Below, in pieces: positions 38,329 through 44,441 of a stretch of DNA of 44,441 nt. The position numbers and the translations under genes are program-made. Within the stretch, counting starts at the first letter, position 1, and each line of letters opens with the position of its first letter. The notes beneath the pieces were generated by a model. It saw only the letters and a list, made by a program, of their open reading frames with translations, was not told where the DNA came from and did no database searches. This stretch comes from Candidatus Thorarchaeota archaeon (GTDB lineage: Archaea > Asgardarchaeota > Thorarchaeia > Thorarchaeales > Thorarchaeaceae): NCBI GenBank assembly GCA_011364905.1, contig RDNZ01000019.1, positions 4,354 through 48,794 on the forward strand. The letters run 5' to 3'.

Positions 38329-39165
38329 ATGGTGAGAGATTGGATTCAGAGAAATGCTGTAGCATCCTATGTGCTACTCACCTATGGAATCACATGGTCG
38401 CTTGCTATAGTCTTAGCTCTATCATATCACGGTGTGATCAGTCTTCAGATTCCTTTCGCTCTGCACTACATCCTTCCGTACGGTCCCATGCTCTCTGCGC
38501 TCATTGTGACCTGGTTGAGAGGTGGGACTCAGAGTCTTCATGATCTTCTTGGCAGGATGTCGAAGTGGAGAATCAGACCAGTCTGGATTATCATAGCTTT
38601 GTTCTCAGTCTGGGTATTCTACATCGCCTCAGCACTCATGATGGTTGCCATGGGACAGCCTTGGCCAGATTTGAGCATATTTGGTCAAGTCATGTATCTC
38701 CCATACCTGACCTTCTTTGGTGCGTGGGCTCTTTGGATCTTCACCTATGGAATCGGTGAGGAAACCGGTTGGCGTGGCTATCTGTTGCCCCATATCCAGA
38801 CAAGATACAGTGCCTTCGTTTCCAGTCTGATCGTGGCCATCATATGGGCAGGGTGGCACGCTCCAATGTTCCTCTACAATGAGAACCTCATGTCGTTGGG
38901 ACCTATTGGGACTGTCTTCTGGACCATTGGTCTCATGTTCGGTTCTGTACTGTTGACTTGGATCTACAATAACACTGAGGGGAGCATCCTCATGACTGCG
39001 ATCTGGCATGGGACATTCAACACTTTCTCAGCTGCTGCAGGTCAGGCAGCAAGCGTCCCTTCGGGTATCATCAGCATGTTAGTGATGGTCGTAGTGGTCC
39101 TAGTTGTCATCATTTACAGGCCCAAGAACCTGTCACATCTAGAGAGGCAACAAGCCACAGACTAG
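38329..39165 (+). CDS. CPBP/Abi (Rce1-like, type II CAAX protease) intramembrane glutamic endopeptidase
   Basis: GEETGWRGYL, IWAGWHAP, GSIL..AIWHGTFN motifs; multiple TMs. Confidence 0.9.
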   Translation: MVRDWIQRNAVASYVLLTYGITWSLAIVLALSYHGVISLQIPFALHYILPYGPMLSALIVTWLRGGTQSLHDLLGRMSKWRIRPVWIIIALFSVWVFYIASALMMVAMGQPWPDLSIFGQVMYLPYLTFFGAWALWIFTYGIGEETGWRGYLLPHIQTRYSAFVSSLIVAIIWAGWHAPMFLYNENLMSLGPIGTVFWTIGLMFGSVLLTWIYNNTEGSILMTAIWHGTFNTFSAAAGQAASVPSGIISMLVMVVVVLVVIIYRPKNLSHLERQQATD

Positions 39166-39192
39166 TTAACCAGTACTCATTCTGAGAGAGGG

Positions 39193-41409
39193 TCATCCTC
39201 TCTCGGTGACTCTTTTGATACTCGCACGAACGTAAGATTCCTCATCGACTGTGAAATGACTCAACTTCAGTTGGATTTCCAGTCTTTCTCCGTCGAAGGT
39301 CTTGATGTCCCATCTCAGATCCTGCTGCTTCCCACTTGTGACCTTGCTCATCAGTTGTTGGCTCTTCTCTTTTGACGATTGTTTGTCAACCTGGTTACGA
39401 GGTGAGAGTTGCCAGAGCGTCTTACCCAGTAATTGTTCCTTTTCGCAATTGAAGAACTTGAAGGCCGCAGTGCTACAGTCTACCACTTGCTCATCTTTGA
39501 AGACGAGGACCGCCTCTTCAGCGGCGTTAAAAAGCAGGCGATACTTCTCCTTATCCTCCTTGAGAGTTTTAAGAAACCGCTGGTTTTCTGTCACGTCCAT
39601 GACCTGTGTAATATACAAGGATACAGTGCCATCCTCCTCTCTGAGTGCTGACGAGATTACTTGGACATCTATCGTGCCGGATTTGGATGATCTAAATCCT
39701 CCTTTTGCAAGGTCGTATCTAATTTCACTCTTCACCACCTCGCCTCGTTGAATACTCTCCAACAGTCCTTGAGGTACATTTTGATCTCGATCTAATCGGT
39801 ATGATTCATAATCGCTTGGGCCTGAAACTCCAAACATCAGTCTAGCAGTTTCATTAAACTGGATAATCCGACCGTTTGTGTCATACAGAACAATGCCGAT
39901 AGGAGTATGCTCAAAGACTCCTCTGAACCTCTTCTCACTCTCTTGCAGTGCAATTTCAACCATGTGCTGCTCGGTTATGTCAACCTCAAGAGCCTGCATG
40001 GCTCGTTGTCCATCGTGTTCAACGACATTGACATAGGAGTCTACCCATCTTATCTCGCCATCCGGTCGTATGTAACGAAATCTCTGTTTCGGAAGTTTTT
40101 CTGCTCCTGATGCGACCAGTTTGTTTCGCATTTCTAGTTCTTTTCTGTCATCGGGATGAACCAAGGTCCAGGTTTCTTCAGCAGACATCGCAAGCAGTTC
40201 TCCGATTGTCCGCCCCACAGTTTCAGCGTAGGCTTCGTTTGCAAAGACAATTTTCCCATCGACAAATATAACGATGCCCTGTAGCGACTCTTCGAAAAGT
40301 CTGCGGTACCTCTCCTCGCTTCTATCTAGCGCTTCAAGCATGAGCTTTTCGTGAGTGACATCAAGCAAGGTACCTGCTGAGCGGAGTGGTGTGCCGTCCT
40401 CATCTCTCTCGACAACACGACCCCTGTCCAGCACCCAGACAAAGCGTCCGCTCTTGGTTACCAAGCGATGCTCTGAGGAAAACATCGGGGTTTTGTTCTT
40501 CAGGTGTTCGTCCCACCTGCTCTCGACAAGTCCGAAGTCATCAGGATGGATTAGTTTCATCCAGTCGTAGGCAAAGGCATTCAACTCCTCAGGAGTGTAC
40601 CCCAACATCTCAGCGATGCGGTCACTGAATACCATCCGGCCAGTTGTGTGCTGCCAGTCCCACGGCGCAAGATCAGCCCCGCGGAGGGCAAGTTCAAGTC
40701 GCTCCCGACTCTTTCGCAGTTCTTCCTCAGTACTCTTCTGTGCGGTTATGTCTCTGACGACGGAAACAATACTCTCGCCATCATCATGAAGACTCATCGT
40801 GACTGAGAACCAATAGGTGGAGCGTCCTATCTTCAACTGGTATTCATAGGCATCAGCACGTCCAGTCTCCTTGACCTGTTGCGCCAACTCAACGGCTTTC
40901 TCCGTGATCTCAGGAGGAAGAACATCTCGCTCTGTCAGGTCAGGAGAGATCTCAAAGGTCGTTGGGACAAAGAACTTCGCAGTGGTCCTGAAGTACATCC
41001 CCCTGACTCTCTTCGAGGACCCTTTCTCACCCTTCTTCGGGGGAGGATACTGCTCGACAAGTCCTTCTTCCCGCAGTTTCCTGAGATGGTAGTAGCAGTT
41101 ATAGTTAGAGATCTTGAGCTTTGGCTTGTTCTCCTTTATGGTATCAAGCACCTCAGCAACACTCATCCAAAGCCTGCGAGACGGTGTTCGAGTGGTGACC
41201 TCCTCAGTGATCACTGTTCCATCATCCATCTGCTTCTCAGTCGTTTTGACCTCAGTCTGGAAATCTTCAACTCCTTGATCTAGTGCTCTAAGAATTTCAA
41301 GACGAATAGGATGATAGAGAGACTCCTTCTGCTCGTGGGTTTCCAAGACCATGAAGTCCTTTCTCTCTGTGTCAGGGAGTCCTGATGGTATGGATTCGTT
41401 TTGCCCCAT
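39193..41409 (-). CDS. One-component regulator: ArsR-like winged-helix plus partial PAS/PAC plus four PAS domains, no kinase domain
   Basis: HPIRLEILRAL...YYHLRKLREEGLV; PAS hallmarks IHPDD, VHPDD, RDIT/DVT/DIT junctions, SEERYRRLFE, SEKRFRGVFE, EKYRLLFN; ends right after the last PAS; GAGGA RBS before ATG 41409. Confidence 0.85.
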   Translation of the reverse strand: MGQNESIPSGLPDTERKDFMVLETHEQKESLYHPIRLEILRALDQGVEDFQTEVKTTEKQMDDGTVITEEVTTRTPSRRLWMSVAEVLDTIKENKPKLKISNYNCYYHLRKLREEGLVEQYPPPKKGEKGSSKRVRGMYFRTTAKFFVPTTFEISPDLTERDVLPPEITEKAVELAQQVKETGRADAYEYQLKIGRSTYWFSVTMSLHDDGESIVSVVRDITAQKSTEEELRKSRERLELALRGADLAPWDWQHTTGRMVFSDRIAEMLGYTPEELNAFAYDWMKLIHPDDFGLVESRWDEHLKNKTPMFSSEHRLVTKSGRFVWVLDRGRVVERDEDGTPLRSAGTLLDVTHEKLMLEALDRSEERYRRLFEESLQGIVIFVDGKIVFANEAYAETVGRTIGELLAMSAEETWTLVHPDDRKELEMRNKLVASGAEKLPKQRFRYIRPDGEIRWVDSYVNVVEHDGQRAMQALEVDITEQHMVEIALQESEKRFRGVFEHTPIGIVLYDTNGRIIQFNETARLMFGVSGPSDYESYRLDRDQNVPQGLLESIQRGEVVKSEIRYDLAKGGFRSSKSGTIDVQVISSALREEDGTVSLYITQVMDVTENQRFLKTLKEDKEKYRLLFNAAEEAVLVFKDEQVVDCSTAAFKFFNCEKEQLLGKTLWQLSPRNQVDKQSSKEKSQQLMSKVTSGKQQDLRWDIKTFDGERLEIQLKLSHFTVDEESYVRASIKRVTERG

Positions 41410-41485
41410 GGTGCCGGTTTCCTCAAGCTTGTCTGTAGAGAGCGCAGAACGCGTTTTCATTAGAAGTCATGTCTACGGATTCACT

Positions 41486-41607
41486 ACATTGTGTAATGCG
41501 CAGTACTAGAATAAAAGGTTTTGTTATTACACTGCAATACATTACAAATCAGTACTATTGCAATAGGCTTAAATAGTTTTATTTTTTTATTGCAACTCGT
41601 TACAATA
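41486..41607. promoter_or_regulatory. AT-rich divergent promoter with candidate operator palindromes
   Basis: Perfect 12-bp palindrome CTATTGCAATAG (41555-66); imperfect TATTGCAAC-TC-GTTACAATA (41588-607); GTGTAAT (41491-97)/ATTACAC (41526-32); TTAAATA TATA-like box near 41569-75. Confidence 0.55.
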
Positions 41608-41648
41608 GCGCTTGGCATCAAGTGATTAGATGCGCCGGAGTGATACCT

Positions 41649-42482
41649 GTGACAACAAATGCAAATGAACAGACTCAGAATCAACAGATGGAGAGTAGTC
41701 CGAGAATCCTGCTCCTGATCGAGGACGATGACCAGAAAGAGTCACTCCATCACCCAATTAGGAAACAGATTCTCAGGGTCCTGTCAGCAGGTATTGATGA
41801 CTATGAAACTGAGGTCACTACTGACGTGCGGACGCTCGAAGATGGCACGGGCCTCACTCACTCAGTTGAGGTGAGAAGACCCATACAGAGGTACTGGATG
41901 GCAGTGCCAGAGATTGTTGAGCGTCTTGAACAGAGATATCCAGAACATGAGATCACCAGTTATCAGTGCTACTATCATCTGCAGAAGCTGGAGGAGCAGG
42001 GACTTGTCGAACAAGACCCTCCATCCGAGTTCGATGATAAGGGCAGGAAGAAGAGAACGAGAGGTATACAGTTTCGTTCTGCCGCGCGGTTCTTTATCTA
42101 TCACAAACCAGGATTCTCAAAAGAAAGTCCAAACCCATGCCTTGACTTTCTGCAGGATGGATGGGGGCTGGAACCCTCTGAGGAAGACTGTGAAGAACTG
42201 ACACAACTAGTCGCAGAACAGGACAAGACTCTCTTCAGAACTTTGGAGAATCTGGTGAGGCACATGGATGGCTCAGCTGTCGACAGCGTGTCATTCTCCA
42301 TTCTGCTTGACCGACTGGCTCACATCCTTCTGTCAGACAATGAGGAGTTCATTGAACGCTACAGAGATGCAAAGAGAATCTTGGTACGGTCGGGCGGAGA
42401 ACACTTGGTCTCTGATAAAATGCAGTCTAATGGGACTGAAGATGTCAAGAAAGAAGAAACCAGAGGTAAAAACGATGATTAA
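41649..42482 (+). CDS. ArsR-like winged-helix regulator, paralog of the N-terminal domain of the divergent PAS protein
   Basis: QKESLHHPIRKQILRVL...CYYHLQKLEEQGLVEQ.PP...RG..FR.AARFF; GGAGTGA RBS before GTG 41649. Confidence 0.8.
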   Translation: MTTNANEQTQNQQMESSPRILLLIEDDDQKESLHHPIRKQILRVLSAGIDDYETEVTTDVRTLEDGTGLTHSVEVRRPIQRYWMAVPEIVERLEQRYPEHEITSYQCYYHLQKLEEQGLVEQDPPSEFDDKGRKKRTRGIQFRSAARFFIYHKPGFSKESPNPCLDFLQDGWGLEPSEEDCEELTQLVAEQDKTLFRTLENLVRHMDGSAVDSVSFSILLDRLAHILLSDNEEFIERYRDAKRILVRSGGEHLVSDKMQSNGTEDVKKEETRGKNDD

Positions 42483-43029
42483 TGCGACAACGCGAGCTCC
42501 GATCTTTAAGACGGTTCTTGTGGGTGAAGGGGGTGTCGGAAAGACAAGTATCACCCTTCGCTACACAGAGGATCGTTTTGATGAGAACATGATGCTCACT
42601 ATTGGTGCAAACTTCGCCTCCAAGAGGGTAGAACTCAATGGCTCGGCCATGACCCTGATGATCTGGGACCTGGGCGGGCAACCACGTTTTCGAGATGTTA
42701 TTGGGGATTACTTCAAGGGAGCTAAGATTGCCATTGCAGTCTGTGATGTAACTCGTTCATATTCGCTTGCACGACTCACTGACTGGCTTGATCGGCTGAA
42801 GGAGTGCGCCCCAGAAAGCGAACTTCTAGTCGTTGGAAACAAGACTGACGAGAGAACCAATGGGACTGGAGTATCTCCTGAAGAGGGACAGCAGTTCGCG
42901 GAGAAGTACGGTGCTCAGTACATCGAGGTGTCGGCAAAGACTGGTGAGGGAATCAATGGCATGTTCGAGATGGTTGCTCAACAACTTGCGAAGAAGTATC
43001 TCGGACAGACAGAGGGATGCGCAGCATGA
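42475..43029 (+). CDS. Ras-superfamily small GTPase, Rab-like
   Basis: G1 GEGGVGKT, G2 TIGANF, G3 WDLGGQ, RFR, YFKGA, G4 NKTD, G5 EVSAK; GAGGT RBS before ATG 42475. Confidence 0.95.
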   Translation: MINATTRAPIFKTVLVGEGGVGKTSITLRYTEDRFDENMMLTIGANFASKRVELNGSAMTLMIWDLGGQPRFRDVIGDYFKGAKIAIAVCDVTRSYSLARLTDWLDRLKECAPESELLVVGNKTDERTNGTGVSPEEGQQFAEKYGAQYIEVSAKTGEGINGMFEMVAQQLAKKYLGQTEGCAA

Positions 43030-43286
43030 CGAGAATATCCTTGAATCCATTCAATTGCCCAGTGTGCAAGGATGGAACAATAGTGAGGGTGGATGTCGAT
43101 GAAGACTCCATCATAAAGGCGAAGCGACTGCCGGCCATGGTGACGGTCACCTGTTCGAAGAACCACACGCTTGTGTTGTTCGTTGACAGGAGCTTTCAGG
43201 TCAGAGATGTTGAGGCGGCAGTGGGAGCAACTGGCGGCGATAAGGACGCCATAGACAAGACAGAGGACTGGTTCAGTTCGTTGTAA
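43026..43286 (+). CDS. Small zinc-finger protein (CxxC...CxxxH)
   Basis: CPVC...TCSKNHTLVLFVDRSFQVRDVE; ATGA overlap with GTPase stop. Confidence 0.75.
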   Translation: MTRISLNPFNCPVCKDGTIVRVDVDEDSIIKAKRLPAMVTVTCSKNHTLVLFVDRSFQVRDVEAAVGATGGDKDAIDKTEDWFSSL

Positions 43287-43334
43287 CAAATTGATCATGA
43301 TAACACAGTAAATTAGTAATTGGAGCAAAAAGAA

Positions 43335-43778
43335 ATGTACGGAATAATGTTGGTGAACCAAGCAGGGGAAACAGTTGCCTCAGCAGGCTGGGAAGCCTTC
43401 GAGGGCGACGTGACCATGTTTGGGGGCTTTGTGTCAGCAGTTCAGATGTTCATCAAGAAGGTCGCTGGTGGCACACGAGTGGAAGAACTCCGCTTCGGTA
43501 ACATGAAACTGCTAATCGGCAGCTCTGATGAGTACCATGTCGTCACACTTCATGAGTCCGATGAGAAATCAGCAGAGGCTGAAAACCAGGAAGTCGTCAA
43601 GCTCGTGCGCGAGAATGGCGGGAAGTTCACTGATGGTTTTCTCGCCCTGGTGCAGGAACTCATTACAACGGACAAGATCGCCTCCGCAGAGGTCAATGAG
43701 AGTGTGAAGGAATGGACCCAGTCACAGGTTGACAAGGCTAAGAAATCCGCTAGTGATTGGGGAAAGACTGTGTTTTAG
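43335..43778 (+). CDS. Longin/roadblock-like domain protein
   Basis: GIMLVNQAGETV...DVTMFGGFVSAVQMFIKKV...VEELRFGNMKLLI; GGAG RBS before ATG 43335. Confidence 0.7.
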   Translation: MYGIMLVNQAGETVASAGWEAFEGDVTMFGGFVSAVQMFIKKVAGGTRVEELRFGNMKLLIGSSDEYHVVTLHESDEKSAEAENQEVVKLVRENGGKFTDGFLALVQELITTDKIASAEVNESVKEWTQSQVDKAKKSASDWGKTVF

Positions 43779-43790
43779 GATGTGTTAGCT

Positions 43791-44441
43791 ATGGGAGTAT
43801 ATGAAATAACTCAACTCTATATCGGATTGGCAACACTCTTGGCAGCTCTGACAATCGGTCGTTACAGTTGGATCAAATCCTCTGAAATGGAGGCTGATTC
43901 TCGAAGAGCATTCAGGCCATTGTATGTTGTCGCTATTGGATTTGTTGTCTTTGGCCTCGGAGCCTTAGCAACATATATTGAAGAAATAACTGGACAAGCA
44001 ATCCTGGTAGACACCTACTATGCCTTTTATGCAGCAGCTGCTGTGGAGGTTGTCCTGCTCGGAATTGCTGCGGCCATGATCCTTGACATAAGACGTTTCT
44101 ACGCAGTTCCACTATCTACTGGACTCGTATCTATCCTGCTCTTCTATCTCGCAGAGGTCTTTCCACAGACATCAGATGTCCTTCTGTTGATAGGAGTGTT
44201 GTTTCCTTCCATTATACTGGCCAGCATTGGTGGAATATTCTTGTGGATCACAAAGGAAACAAAACGTGGAACAAGCGCGGCCTTGGCATTTGCCCTTCTT
44301 GTCCAGATTGCAGGACTACCAGTACTGTACTTCGACCTGCTCATCGGACCGGAAGCATTGCTTGCTCTGTTCATAGCCCTCATGGGACCTGCGATGGTCG
44401 TATTCGCATTCCTCCGTCCTGACCAAAGAATCACCTTGGAG
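43791..44441 (+). CDS. Polytopic membrane protein, about seven TM in the visible 217 codons (truncated by window edge; not in ORF track)
   Basis: Manual translation: MGVYEITQLYIGLATLLAALTIGRYSW...LYVVAIGFVVFGLGALAT...YYAFYAAAAVEVVLLGIAAAMIL...FYAVPLSTGLVSILLFYL...LLLIGVLFPSIILASIGGIFLW...AALAFALLVQIAGLPVLY...ALLALFIALMGPAMVVFAFLRPDQRITLE; no stop. Confidence 0.8.
   Translation, partial: MGVYEITQLYIGLATLLAALTIGRYSWIKSSEMEADSRRAFRPLYVVAIGFVVFGLGALATYIEEITGQAILVDTYYAFYAAAAVEVVLLGIAAAMILDIRRFYAVPLSTGLVSILLFYLAEVFPQTSDVLLLIGVLFPSIILASIGGIFLWITKETKRGTSAALAFALLVQIAGLPVLYFDLLIGPEALLALFIALMGPAMVVFAFLRPDQRITLE

Noticed and set aside
42268-42474. 69-aa N-terminal extension of the GTPase in the ORF track
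   Set aside because: Overlaps the upstream wHTH gene in another frame; ATG 42475 has a GAGGT RBS and gives a normal G-domain start
43027-43044. UGA read-through (Sec) at the GTPase stop to complete a CaaX-like box
   Set aside because: The TGA is part of an ordinary ATGA overlap, another TGA follows five codons later, and no SECIS was seen
44144-44434. 96-aa minus-strand ORF
   Set aside because: Antisense to the open + strand membrane-protein frame starting at 43791
43791-44441. Rhodopsin or true GPCR assignment for the ~7-TM protein
   Set aside because: No retinal-binding Lys in the seventh helix, no DRY/NPxxY motifs, and the gene is incomplete so the TM count may be higher

Overview
Gene-dense archaeal chromosomal window. 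GGAGG/GGTGA ribosome-binding sites, ATGA/TGATG gene overlaps, an aldehyde:ferredoxin oxidoreductase, a TrmB regulator, a Rab-like small GTPase and longin-like proteins together suggest an Asgard archaeon, possibly Thorarchaeota; this taxonomy is inference. I saw no rRNA, tRNA, CRISPR array or mobile element. Left part: an SCP2-SCP2-AOR-acyl-CoA ligase-GNAT-MaoC lipid/aldehyde cluster, an Ord-like dehydrogenase plus class III aminotransferase, surface glycoproteins, FdhD and TrmB. Middle: a B12 radical SAM pair, a DUF547 / wHTH-degenerate-methyltransferase / longin-wHTH / methyltransferase operon, a Tes(MJ0619)-like radical SAM with a Cys-rich methyltransferase, two ICMT-like proteins, TMEM175, a beta-helix surface protein and DUF362. 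Right end, the best candidate for a new system: two paralogous unusual wHTH regulators (one with four PAS domains and no kinase) diverge from a palindrome-rich promoter, and the PAS-less one heads an operon encoding a Rab-like GTPase, a Zn-finger protein, a longin-like protein and a 7TM-type membrane protein. All family calls come from motif recognition by eye, with no database search.
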